Part shown: positions 38,846-51,216 of the stretch, in pieces
Layout of the letters: each line of letters starts with the position of its first letter
Position numbering within the stretch: position 1 is the first letter of the stretch
NCBI GenBank assembly: GCA_002269645.1
Contig: NIVC01002123.1
Span: 1 to 64,000, forward strand
From: Macrostomum lignano
Taxonomy: Eukaryota
Direction: 5' to 3'
DNA: 64,000 nt
The notes under the pieces: model-generated
The model's input: the letters and a program-made list of their open reading frames with translations, nothing else
Database searches by the model: none
Told to the model about the DNA's origin: nothing
Position numbers and translations under genes: made by a program

Positions 38846-40414
38846 GAGAAGTAGCGGCACAGCTCGAGCCGCCGCTCGAAGCACGCAGCGGAGCAGAAGT
38901 GCAGCATGACGGGCACCGTAGCGACGCCGCCGTTACCGTCGGAGTCGGCTGGTGCGGGCAGCTCGTAGCAGGCGGCCAGGTGCCGCGGGTGCACGGGCAG
39001 CGGGCAGGGGGCCACCCGCGGGTCGCAGTGACGCCTGCAGGCGGCGCAGGCAGGCATTGCGGCCAGGTCGTCCAGGAGGTGCCACGGCAGTGGCGGCGGC
39101 GACTTTGAACGAAAATCGACAACCAGCCGACGAACGACGGCCAGACAGAGCGAGGCGAGGTCGGGCACGGGCAGGCGGACGGGGAGGCGGCCGGAGTCGC
39201 GGCAGCTGAACGGCTGGCCGGAGCCAATGGACAGCCGGTCGAGTCGGACAGCCGGCCGAGGCAAAAGGCGAAGGCGGTTGCCGTCGAGGGCGATGGAGCG
39301 CAGCAGCGGCACGGCAGGCAGGCAGTCGGGCAGGCGGGTCAACCGGTTGCCGCAGAGGTCGAGGCTTCGCAAGGCGGCGAGGCGGCCGAGCTCAGAGCCG
39401 AGCCAGGCCAAGCAGTTGTCGCGGAGGTCTAGAACCGCCAGACTGCTGGCAAGGGGGCCGGCGGCACGGAGTTCGAATCCTGGAAATGTCACCAGGCGAT
39501 TGCCAGGCAGGCTGAGCTCCGTTAGCGGCAGACGATTGATTGCGTCCGGCAGAGACTCGAGCTGGTTGCCATGGATACGTAGGACGCTGAGCTGGCCTAG
39601 CCGGCAGAGGCGGGCGTCGAAGCGACGCAGGCCGATCGGGCCCAGGCTGAGCTGCACCAGGTGGGGCGGGAAGTCACCGGCGGAAGGGTAGGCCTCCCGG
39701 CTGGACACCTGGCGGGGCGGGCGATGAAATGATTCGCTGGATTGGCTCGCGAGCTTCGGTTGGGGTCACCCGAGGGGGGCCAGAAGTGCTAGTCCGCATA
39801 TACTAAATCTTCAGTTCGGAGGGGGTCGCTTTAGCCGAGTGCGTTAGTGCTACAGAGTTAAGCATAATTGGCCGTGGTTAGTATGCAGCTAATTAGGCCT
39901 GCCGAGATCACCTCCTAAGGCAACAATGCAAAATTAGGCGGAGCTCCAATTCTGCCCACAGGGCAGCAGCTCCGACCTGTCCTGAACTCACCGTCAGCTG
40001 AGTCTGCGTACGCGCCCGCACCCGTCGCTTGTCCAACGGCGTCAGCGAGGAGTAATCCAAGCCGGAGCCTAGCAGTAGGCGTCGGTCAACGCCACGACCT
40101 CCGGCTACGTCGCCGAGAAGGCGAGCCAAGCCGGCCAGCTGGCGAGGCTCGGCGCCGCTAATGAGCAGCTGCACGTGCGGCCCGGTCAGGCACAGGGTGA
40201 GCCGGCCCTCGGACAGGAAGCGGGTGTGCAGCCGCTCGATGTTGGCGGCGGACACCGGCCAGGCCTGGCAGCCGCTGCCGCCCCACTGGCAGGCGAGCCG
40301 ATAGCGACCGTCGCGGCCGCACAGGCTCAGCAGCGCCCGGCGGGCTCGCGGAGGCGGGCCGCTACTGCCGGTGCCGCCGGTGAGCAGCACGGCCAGCTGA
40401 CAGTCGATTCGCAT
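38839..40414 (-). CDS. LRR1: Leucine-rich repeat protein 1 (PPIL5), CRL2 substrate receptor, 430 aa (exons 39992-40414, 38839-39708)
   Basis: N-terminal PH-like MRIDCQLAV..NIERLHTRFLSEGRLTLCL, TQLT|VSSREAYP..FP, LRRs, BC-box-like VPDLASLC and Cys-rich end, colinear with known LRR1. Confidence 0.9.
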
Positions 40415-40489
40415 TGCGCCGTCCGCCCCCAGTCGTTGCGCTGAATGAATCAAAGCCAAGGAGTTTTAAGTCATCAAAGCCATGGGGTG

Positions 40490-41100
40490 GCAGCTACAAG
40501 ACGCAACAGCTACAAAGGGGGTGACAGCTACAGATGTTGTGACAGCTACAAGACGCAACAGCTACAGATGGGATGACAGCTACAGATGGGGTGACAGCTA
40601 CAGATGGGGTGACAGCTACAAGACGCAACAGCTACAGATGGGGTGACAGCTACAGATGGGGTGACAGCTACAAGACGCAACAGCTACAGATGGGGTGACA
40701 GCTACAGATGGGGTGACAGCTACAGATTGGGTGACAGCTACAAGACGCAACAGCTACAGATGGGGTGACAGCTACAGATGGGGTGACAGCTACAGATGGG
40801 GTGACAGCTACAGATTGGGTGACAGCTACAAGACGCAACAGCTACAGATGGGGTGACAGCTACAAGACGCAACAGCTACAAGACGCAACAGCTACAGATG
40901 GGGCGACAGCTACAGATGGGGTGACAGCTACAGATGTTGTGACAGCTACAGATGGGGCGACAGCTACAAAGGGGGTGATAGCTACAGATTGGGTGACAGC
41001 TACAGGAGCGACAGATACAGATGTTGTGACAGCTCCAGATGAAGCGAAAGCTACAGGAGCGATAGCTACAGATGAGGTGACAGATACAGATGGGCACCGG
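40490..41100. repeat. 18-bp tandem repeat (GTGACAGCTACAGATGGG) directly upstream of LRR1
   Basis: Read directly. Confidence 0.93.
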
Positions 41101-42399
41101 CTACAGAAAGCCTTATTCGAAGGTACTATGAATGTCCTGATGTCACCAACATAGCAACAAAAACAAACAAAAAAGCAGCCAAGTCTCGACATTTCTTTAT
41201 ATAAAACAAAAGCCAATGAAGGATTGATCGATTTTATTTAGCAGCGGGACAAGATATGGAATATGGATATGGAATATATAGATTTATACAAATAAATTGT
41301 AATTTTAATTTTAAACTACAACGCGTCGGGGGTGTGTCGCGGTCCCGGGTTCGAATCCCGTGGCGACAGTCGATCCGCAGCCAGTGAGTACACACGCTCA
41401 CGCAGGGTGTACAGCATGTACACTTCCTGTGCCTTTGCGGGCTGGCCCTCAAAGGCGGGAATCGCGGGGAGTTCTAATTCCCGGGCAACATCAATAAATA
41501 TTTCAACAAAACAAAGAACACAGATTATAAAGAAACAAAATCAACTGAATTGAGTGAAAATGGAGACATTAAAAAGCTACTGACATATCTACAGTTATTT
41601 TAAATACTAAGTAAGTGGCATAAAAAGCAACATTAAGTGAGGGAAAAATAGCACACGAATTTGATCAGCCAAGGTAATCAGCAAGAACAGTGTAAATTCA
41701 AGACAGGTTTAGTGTTATAAATAGAGATACGGTACACAGGGGTGACCTAACCAATTCTGGAATATAGAAGAGGCTGCATTCCGCATGTACAGGTGATGTA
41801 CATGTCTCAATACATACGGAATAATTCCCATGTCGAAAGGAGCAAGCGAGGCCATGACAACTGCATAAATGTAATAATTTATATTATTGTGATCTATTAT
41901 TGTCTAACAGAAAGTCAATTAAGATTGCAATGTCCGTTTCCGCCTACTGCGAGTAGAGAACATTGAGAATATTGATTAAATTTTGAATCATAATTTGGTA
42001 GATCATAAAAATCTAATTTAAAAAGAACAAAATATAATTTCTAGATAAAGCGATTTTGATAACAATACTGGGTACGAGCTCTCATTTCTGAGAGATAAGA
42101 GCTAAGAACAGACTGTACATAGGATCTGGATTCGCTATAAAACTTTAACAAATAAAACTGCTTTTCACGGAAGTCTGCAGACCGGTGATATAGTATAAAT
42201 ACACAATATCAGTAATTAGTAAATTTAGCACTCCAGTAGCGCTGCCGCATATTGAACCGGGTGTTCGGGGCTTGAAAGAGAGACGTGGAAATTCGTTTGG
42301 CAAACACGCTGCCAGCAATTCATAAATCATAATTCATTAACAATTATCAGGTCACACTAGCGACACACAACAATAGAGATACCGGTTATACCTTTTACT

Positions 42400-42760
42400 A
42401 CAATCCCACAAGAGATCCCGGTTATACCTGTTCCTACAATCCCACAAGAGATCCCGGTTATACCTGTTCCTACAATTCTAGAAGAGATACCTGGTCCTAC
42501 AGTCCCAAAAAGATACCTGTTCCTACAATCCTAGAAGAGATACCTGCTCCTACAATCCCAAAAAGATACCTGTTCCTACAATCCCATAAAAAGATACCTG
42601 TTCCTACAATCCCAGAAGAGATACCTGTTCTTACAATCCCATAAAAAGATACCTGTTCCTACAATCCCAGAAGAGATACCTGTTCCTACAATCCCATAAA
42701 AAGATACCTGCTCCTACAATACCCTAAGAGATACCGGTTATACCTGTTCCAGCAATCCAA
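42400..42760. repeat. ~27-bp degenerate repeat (GATACCTGTTCCTACAATCCC...) after the RhoGAP stop
   Basis: Read directly. Confidence 0.85.
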
Positions 42761-42800
42761 AATCAGAATAAATGGCATATTTAAACTAGAGTTAAACAAA

Positions 42801-45800
42801 TCAGTCAGTAAACAGAAACTCGGTCTCCAGCAGGATGTACTCAACCACCTGATTTTGGAACATCAGGTTGGAGGTCAGGCAGAGGCCGCCATCCGCATCG
42901 CCACTGGCCGGCCAGACCAGATTCGGGCCCATCATCAGGGCGACATTCTGGGAGCTCATCTGGTTGCGCTCGCTGCACTGCACAACCCGGGTGAGATGGT
43001 GGAACAGCAGGCGCAGGGTGTTGTAGTGCGCCGGTGGCAGCGTGCGCAGCACCTGCCGGATTGACTCGCGTTTGGCGCTGGGCTTGGCGCTGGACTGGTA
43101 GTGCTCGGTGATCAGCTGCGGGTGGACAGGTGTCTACTCCCGATGGACAGGTGTCTACTCCCGATGGACAGGTGTCTACTCCCGATGGACAGGTGTCTAT
43201 TTCCGATGGACAGGTGTCTATTCCCGATGGACAAGTGTCTATTCCCGATGGACAGGTGTCTATTCCCGATGGACAGGTGTCTATTCCCGATGGACAGGTG
43301 TCTATTCCCGATGGACAAGTGTCTATTCGCGATGGACAAGTGTCTTAATGGTGCACAGTGAACAGGTGTGTTTTCACAGTGAGCAGGTGTGTTTTCACAG
43401 TGAGCAGGTGTGTTTTCACAGTGAACAGGTGTGTTTTCCACAGTGAACAGGTGTGTTTTCACAGTGAACAGGTGTGTTTTCCACAGTGAGCAGGTGTGTT
43501 TTCCACAGTGAGCAGGTGTGTTTTCACAGTGAGCAGGTGTGTTTTCACAGTGAACAGGTGTGTTTTCCACAGTGAACAGGTGTGTTTTCACAGTGAGCAG
43601 GTGTGTTTTCACAGTGAACAGGTGTGTTTTCACAGTGAGCAGGTGTGTTTTCACAGTGAGCAGGTGTGTTTTCACAGTGAGCAGGTGTGTTTTCACAGTG
43701 AGCAGGTGTGTTTTCACAGTGAACAGGTGTGTTTTCCACAGTGAACAGGTGTGTTTTCCACAGTGAACAGGTGCCTTTATAAGGATGGGCGTGTCTATTC
43801 AGGGTGGACAGGTGTCTATGGTGGAATGTGTTTGCTCAGTAAAATTAGCTGTTTAAATAAACTGTAGACAGGTGTGACAGTGGACATGTTTGTTGACCTC
43901 AGAAAACCTTAGCCTTGTAACAACGAACCTGAAAAGTCGCTGACGGAATCAGTGGCTCTCTCAGCTCTCTTAGAAAAGTTTTCAACGCCGAGGTGAGCAC
44001 GAAGATGTCCCAGCCGGTGGTCAGGTCGTAGTCCTCAGTCTGGTCAACCAGCAGCCGCAGCTTCTGCACGGTGGCCGCGTTGCCGCCCAGCCGGTAGATG
44101 CCCTCAGTCTCCAGGCCGTGGCCCTCGATAGCTTCAATGCAGCGGCTTAGAAAGCGAGGCGCGTCCGAGCGCTCGTGCGCGCAGATCTGGCGCAGGGTGG
44201 AGCCGAACACGGGCTCGTTCCGCACGATGCCTTTCTTCTCCAGCTCGTCCAGCGCCGGCCTACGCCTGAAAAAATCGTTCAGCCTCTGGGCTATGGACAC
44301 TCGCTGCTTGCTGTCGCGGGGCTGCGGCTGCGGCGGAGTCTGCGACTGCTGCTGCTGCTGCTGCTTGCCCCAGCCAGAGTGCGATGAGGCCGACTGCTGC
44401 GGAGTCTGCTGCTGCTGCGAGCTAGGCTGGTACATGCGCTTAGTTGCCAAGTCCTTGGCGTACCTGTGTATGCGGAATTGAAACACACTCGTGAGTGCTC
44501 TGTGTGCTGCCTTACAGAATTGGATCTCCAACTACACTACAGGATCTACCCTAACCTACAGGATCTACCTATCCTACAGGATCTACCCTACCCTACAGGA
44601 TCTACCCTACACTACAGGATCTACCCTACACTACAGGATCTACCCTAACCTACAGGATCTACCCTAACCTACAGGATCTACCCTACCCTACAGGATCTAC
44701 CCTACCCTACAGGATCTACCCTACACTACAGGATCTACCCTACACTACAGGATCTACCCTACACTACAGGATCTACCCTACACTACAGGATCTACCCTAA
44801 CCTACAGGATCTACCCTAACCTACAGGATCTACCCTACCCTACAGGATCTACCCTACCCTACAGGATCTACCCTACACTACAGGATCTACCCTACACTAC
44901 AGGATCTACCCTACACTACAGGATCTACCCTACACTACAGGATCTACCCTACACTACAGGATCTACCCTACACTACAGGATCTACCCTACACTACAGGAT
45001 CTACCCTACACTACAGGATCTACCCTACACTACAGGATCTACCCTACACTACAGGATCTACCCTACACTACAGGATCTACCCTACACTACAGGATCTACC
45101 CTACACTACAGGATCTACCCTACACTACAGGATCTACCCTACACTACAGGATCTACCCTACACTACAGGATCTACCCTACACTACAGGATCTACCCTACA
45201 CTACAGGATCTACCCTAGTCTACCCTGCCATACACGAACTACCGTGATCTAGAGAATCCATTCTACGATTTCATTTCAATCTCCAGAAACACCAAGAGCT
45301 ACTCACTCCAGCGCCAAGCTCCACTGCTTGCGGGCCCCTGGTTCATCCCAGTAGAGCAGCATGTCGCAGTCGGCGCTAGGATACAGATCCGCGTGCCGCC
45401 CAAGCGACGAAGAGTCGTAGCCGGCACTGTCGCCACCGACGCCGCCACCGCCAGCGACGTAGCGAAGCCTTAGCGGTCCCGTCGAAGGATCGTCCGATGG
45501 AAGCGGCGGAGGCGCTGGCGGGCCGCCAGACGGGTCCACCTCGACGGCGGCCACGGCCAGGGCCAGTTCCGGCCGCTTGTCCGAGCGGGACCGGTAGAAC
45601 AGCAGGTCCGGGCCAGTCAGCACCAGGTGGTAGGCCTGCCGCTTGCCGCTGGGTGACTTGGCCGAGGACTTCTTAGACTCCTATGGGATGGCGGAAAGAG
45701 AGTTCAGATTGAGGGGTTCAGGAAGGAGGGAAAAGGATGGGATCAGGAGGGACGGGAATGGGGAAGGAGGGAATAGGATGGGATCAGGAGGGACGGGAAT

Positions 45801-48800
45801 AGGGATGGAGGGAATAGGATGGGATCAGGAGGGACGGGAATGGGGAAGGAGGGAATAGGATGGGATCAGGAGGGACGGGAATGGGGATGGAGGGAATAGG
45901 ATGGGATCAGGAGGGACGGGAATGGGGAAGGAGGGAATAGGATGGGATCAGGAGGGACGGGAATGGGGAAGGAGGGAATAGGATGGGATCAGGAGGGACG
46001 GGAATAGGGGAAGGAGGGAATAAGATGGGATCAGGAGGAACAGGGAATAGGGAAGGAGGGAATAAGATCATATTAAGATGGGATCAGGAGGAACAGGGAA
46101 TAGGGAAGGAGGTAATAAGATCATATTAAGATGGGATCAGGAGGAATAGGGGAATGGAGAAGGAGACAATACGATGGGATCAGGAGGGACAGTGGGATAG
46201 GGAATAAGCTGGGATCAATATGAGAACAAAATGGGATTTAAGAGCGACATCTATTAGGATCAGACAGGGAAAGAGTCTCGAATAAGAAGGCATTGCTAGG
46301 AGCTTTAAGAAGGAAATCGCATTCAAGCAATACCATTAGAAAATGGAAACACAGCGGCCCTCACCTTGCCACCAGCCCCTGCCGTCGGCAGCCGAAGGGC
46401 CTTCACGGGGCTCTCCTTGCGCGTCTCCTGCAGCCGGCCACCCACCGGCAGGGAGATCTCCAGCTTGGGCCGCTGTGGCTGCTGCGACTCCGGCGTCTGC
46501 GCTGGAGCAGCCGGCTCCGCCGACCTCTCCAACTCGGCGATGACCGCGGCCGATTTAGCCGACGAAGAAGGCTGCTGAGATAGCAGAGCCTGAGACTGCT
46601 GGCCCTGCGCCAGGAAGCCCATGTTCATTGAGGGCTCGCCGAATAGGAATTTCCTGGGCTCGCCGGACCCGCCCTCCTCAACCCGCCAGCCGGGCAGGCC
46701 GGGCGGCAGCGTCGCTGATGAGGTGGCCGGAATCTGGGGAGAAGCGGTATAAAAGTACAATAGGTACTTCTCTCGGATTTACAGTACAAGAAGTACTTTT
46801 ATGACATTTAAAAGTGCACGAAGTACTCTTTTAATGAGCTAACTACAAGATCATTTTTCGAGGAAAAATGCGCACTAAACTACTTATAATAGCACTGTTT
46901 GATTGTAATGAAACCAATTTAAATACGACGTTAATTTCATTAAGAAAAATCTGCACTTCAGTCAACATGCGACAACATTAAATGCTAGCGCAGCTATATA
47001 CGATTTCACATGACCAACAGACTGCTAATGGCATTTAAGATCGTAAAATAACAGAAACATTGCTACTGCGCAGCTGCCAGCTCCCAGGCCTGGCACTGGC
47101 CAGAGTCAACCAGTCACCAAAAGCCTTTATAAACGAATTACTAGAATTATGTAGTGAGCCGCTAGTTTATGGCTAGGCGTCACCCTTGTCAGCCGTTCCC
47201 TCGCCCTCCCTTTGGGTTGCTGTCTGCCGCTGGTCAGCTTCCCGCCCTCCTTTCGCTTGCCTGTTGCCCCCGTGTCCTTTCCGCCCTGTTGCGTTTCCGT
47301 TCTCAGCCCTCAGTCTCTCGACTGTGGGCTGTCTCTGTTTCGCTCCCGTCCCGTTTTCCCTGTCTTGTGAGCAAGTCACATGACAGTTCTTGCGTTCTTT
47401 GAGTCTTAAAGTGCAGTAAACATGTTTACTGCACTCGTTGGCCCTGTTTACCGGGTGAGTCACGTGCTTTCGGACCCTTCCCTTCTCTAAGGAGAGGAGT
47501 GACTCATGTTGCTAAAAATAGCAACTGAGTCACAGCCGCGTGTACTCTGGCCGGGGACCTCAAGTGACGTCAGTTCTAAAAATAGAACAAGTCACGAGGT
47601 CTTCCGCGCGCTTGTACCCTGCCCAAGACTCTCGAGTGACGTCAGTTCTAAAAATAGAACAAGTCACGAGGTCTGGAGCGTGGGAATTTCCCGGCTATAA
47701 ATAGGAGCCCTCTCCCCTTGTTTCCGTCAAGGAGTCTTCCTTCTGTTCAACCTCGAGTTCTACGTCCGCGTGTGACTAAGTCCCGAGTGTCCGAGTCTTT
47801 GCGCACATTGATTCTGTTCCTGTTGCTCCGACTGAGACCCGACCAAACCAATCCAAGTCTACGAGAGGCTAACTCAGCCCTCCCTCTACCATCCTAGCCC
47901 GGCAGGTACTGCTGACGAGACGCCTTATACGTTGAGCTGCAAATCTGCACGTCGTGCTGTGTTCGTTGACTTCATTATTTCGTTCCGACGGGAAGCTCAC
48001 CTCACCGAAGGCCGAGACCTGAAGGAACTGGTGGCAGCACTACCTACGCTACTGAGAGAGTTGAGAGAACTTCCCACTGAAGAGGCCCGAGTCTGAAGGT
48101 AATCCGCAAGGGCCTAAACCGGGAAGAAACCCCACTGTACTTCACTGGTGGCAGCGGTGGGATTCAAAGACCTACCAGGCCACCCCGAGAAAACCCAATG
48201 TACTTCAATTAGCTACATGCGGAATATACACTTTGAATATTATTAATAGTTCCCTGAATAAACTGCAACTGTACGCATGCAAGCCAGCGACAGGTAGGCG
48301 GTAAGGTGAATTATGAAGGCTAGCAACACCAATACACACACGGATATCAACCACTCAGCGCACCTAAATCACTGTAAATCTTTCTACAACCCTAATACTG
48401 AAAACATAATTAAAGTAAACAGAGAACTCTGTAAACCTAATTAAAGTACACAGAGAACTCTGTAAACCTAATTAAAGTACACAGAGAACTCTGTAAGCCT
48501 AATTAAAGTACACAAGAGAACTCTGTAAACCTGATTAAAGTACACAGAGAACTCTGTAACCCTGATTTAAGTACACAGATAACATTTTAACCTTAATTAA
48601 AGTACACGGGAAACTCTGAGTCTCTGCAACTCAGTTTAAAGTGCTTGGGGAACTCTTTAGTTCTGAAAAGTACACTAGAAACTGCTTTCACACTAAGACA
48701 TTTCTAATCATGCAGTGTGGATGATTTTTTCTAGCACAACAAAAACAAATTTATGAAAAATTGAAATACATTCGGCAATCCAGGTAACAGTGCTGATAAT

Positions 48801-51216
48801 AGCAATTGTGCAAGGTGCTAAAAAATTAATAATAAATTTACCGCGCATCTCAAAGTCGGTCGCCAGTTAAGATCAGACTTTACCAACTGAGGCTTTCTAT
48901 TATTGGTCTGCAAAGTGGGAGATAATTTAATGTAGATTGGGGATTGTTAAAATTTGGGAAGAGAACCGATGAAGGATGAGGAAACTGATGAGGAATTCGG
49001 GAAGAGACACCTGATGGAACTGGTGAGGGGTCTGGGAATTCGGGGAGACACCTGATGGAACTGGTGAGGGGTCTGGGAATTCGGGGAGACACCTGATGGA
49101 ACTGGTGAGGGGTCTGGGAATTCGGAGAGACACCTGATGGAACTGGTGAGGGGTCTGGGAATTCGGAGAGACACCTGATGGAACTGGTGAGGGGTCTGGG
49201 AATTCGGAGAGACACCTGGTGGAACTGGTGAGGGATCTGGGAATTCGGGAAGACACCTGATGGAACTGGTGAGGGATCTGGGAATTCGGGAAGACACCTG
49301 ATGGAACTGGTGAATGATCGGGGAATTCGGGAAGACACCTGATGGAACTGGTGAGGGATCTGGGAATTCGGGAAGACACCTGATGGAACTGGTGAGGGAT
49401 CTGGGAGATCGGGGAGACACCTGATGGAACTGGTGAGGGATCTGGGAGATCGGGGAGACACCTGATGGAACTGGTGAGGGATCTGGGAGATCGGGGAGAC
49501 ACCTGATGGAACTGGTGAGGGATCTGGGAGATCGGGGAGACACCTGATGGAACTGGTGAGGGATCTGGGAATTCGGGAAGACACCTGATGGAACTGGTGA
49601 GGGATCTGGGAGATCGGGGAGACACCTGATGGAACTGGTGAGGGATCTGGGAGATCGGGGAGACACCTGATGGAACTGGTGAGGGATCTGGGAATTCGGA
49701 GAGACACCTGATGGAACTGGTGAGGGGTCTGGGAATTCGGGGAGACACCTGATGGAACTGGTGAGGGGTCTGGGAATTCGGGGAGACACCTGATGGAACT
49801 GGTGAGGGGTCTGGGAATTCGGAGAGACACCTGATGGAACTGGTGAGGGGTCTGGGAATTCGGGAAGACACCTGATGGAACTGGTGAGGGATCTGGGAAT
49901 TCGGGAAGACACCTGATGGAACTGGTGAATGATCGGGGAATTCGGGAAGACACCTGATGGAACTGGTGAGGGATCTGGGAATTCGGGAAGACACCTGATG
50001 GAACTGGTGAGGGATCTGGGAGATCGGGGAGACACCTGATGGAACTGGTGAGGGATCTGGGAATTCGGGAAGACACCTGATGGAACTGGTGAGGGATCGG
50101 GGAATTCGGGGAGACACCTGATGGAACTGGTGAGGGATCTGGGAGATCGGGGAGACACCTGATGGAACTGGTGAGGGATCTGGGAATTCGGGAAGACACC
50201 TGATGGAACTGGTGAGGGATCTGGGAATTCGGGAAGACACCTGATGGAACTGGTGAATGATCGGGGAATTCGGGAAGACACCTGATGGAACTGGTGAGGG
50301 ATCTGGGAATTCGGGAAGACACCTGATGGAACTGGTGAGGGATCTGGGAGATCGGGGAGACACCTGATGGAACTGGTGAGGGATCTGGGAATTCGGGAAG
50401 ACACCTGATGGAACTGGTGAGGGATCGGGGAATTCGGGGAGACACCTGATGGAACTGGTGAGGGATCTGGGAGATCGGGGAGACACCTGATGGAACTGGT
50501 GAGGGATCTGGGAATTCGGGAAGACACCTGATGGAACTGGTGAGGGGTCTGGGAGGGATCTGGGAATTCGGGGAGACACCTGATGGAACTGGTGAGGGGT
50601 CTGGGAGGGATCTGGGAATTCGGGGAGACACCTGATGGAACTGGTGAGGGGTCTGGGAATTCGGGAAGAGACACCTGATGGAACTGGTGAGGGATCTGGG
50701 AATTCGGGAAAAACTTGAAGCACTTTGACTAAAGCTAAGAATTAAAAGATACTTAAAATGCTTTCCAAAACGCAAGGCCATTCTAAACAATAGTGAGTAT
50801 AACATAAAAAGCAGTAATTATCTTAATAATTAGACCCTAAGCTTAGCCTTTCTCACCTCAGGCCCTCGTTGAGTTTTAATGGAATTCTCCAACTGCCGCA
50901 GGAAGCCGCTGTCCATTGAGGAGCCGCCCGCCACAGTGTGGTGCAGACTGGTATGCTTTGAGCCCTGCTGCTGCTTGGCGCCCTCCGATTGCTGCTTCCG
51001 CGGCGCTGGCCGAGGCTTAGCCGGCGTTGGCGATCCGCCGGCGTCGGGCGATTCGCCGCCTTGTCCGGCTTCGTCCAGCTCGATGATGGCGGACGCTCCG
51101 CCGGCCCGAGTCTCCAGCAGCTGAGTCATCCGGCTGACTGCCGAGCCGCTGCCGGCAGCTGCCTGAGGCCGGGTGCGGGGAGTCGGCGCCGACTTCTCAG
51201 TTGTTGGCGTTGACAT
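42801..51216 (-). CDS. ARHGAP12/15/9/27-family PH-RhoGAP, ~650 aa (exons 50857-51216, 46365-46733, 45307-45680, 43929-44463, 42801-43115)
   Basis: FFRRRPALDELEKKGIV..VFG, EGIYRLGG, LKTFLRELREPL, LTRVVQCSERNQMSSQNVALMMGPNL; PH-like YHLVLTGPDLLFY; intron phases 0,0,2,0 are consistent; the 5'-most exon is less certain. Confidence 0.88.
43120..43800. repeat. Two adjacent 21-bp arrays sharing a CAGGTGT core (RhoGAP intron 4)
   Basis: CGATGGACAGGTGTCTATTCC then CAGTGAGCAGGTGTGTTTTCA. Confidence 0.93.
44520..45215. repeat. 19-bp array (CTACAGGATCTACCCTACA), RhoGAP intron 3
   Basis: Read directly. Confidence 0.95.
45720..46200. repeat. 41-bp purine-rich array, RhoGAP intron 2
   Basis: GATGGGATCAGGAGGGACGGGAATGGGGAAGGAGGGAATAG. 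Confidence 0.93.
47150..48207 (+). mobile_element. Internally deleted LTR retroelement: LTR 47150-48144, tRNA-Leu PBS 48146-48164, 3'-LTR tip, ATTA TSD
   Basis: TG...CA termini; TGGTGGCAGCGGTGGGATT is complementary to the tRNA-Leu 3' end; ATTA at 47146-47149 and 48208-48211; TATAAATA near 47696. Confidence 0.85.
48400..48610. repeat. ~31-bp tandem repeat (AATTAAAGTACACAGAGAACTCTGTAAACCT)
   Basis: Read directly. Confidence 0.85.
48990..50710. repeat. 41-bp minisatellite, ~40 copies, RhoGAP intron 1
   Basis: GACACCTGATGGAACTGGTGAGGGATCTGGGAATTCGGGAA; stop-free in all three minus frames, giving three spurious long ORFs. Confidence 0.95.

Noticed and set aside
41335-41365. tRNA gene (GGTTCGAATCCC)
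   Set aside because: Isolated B-box only, no cloverleaf.
48880-50805. Three ~600-aa ORFs in all minus frames
   Set aside because: A stop-free 41-bp unit cycles through frames; it lies inside a RhoGAP intron.
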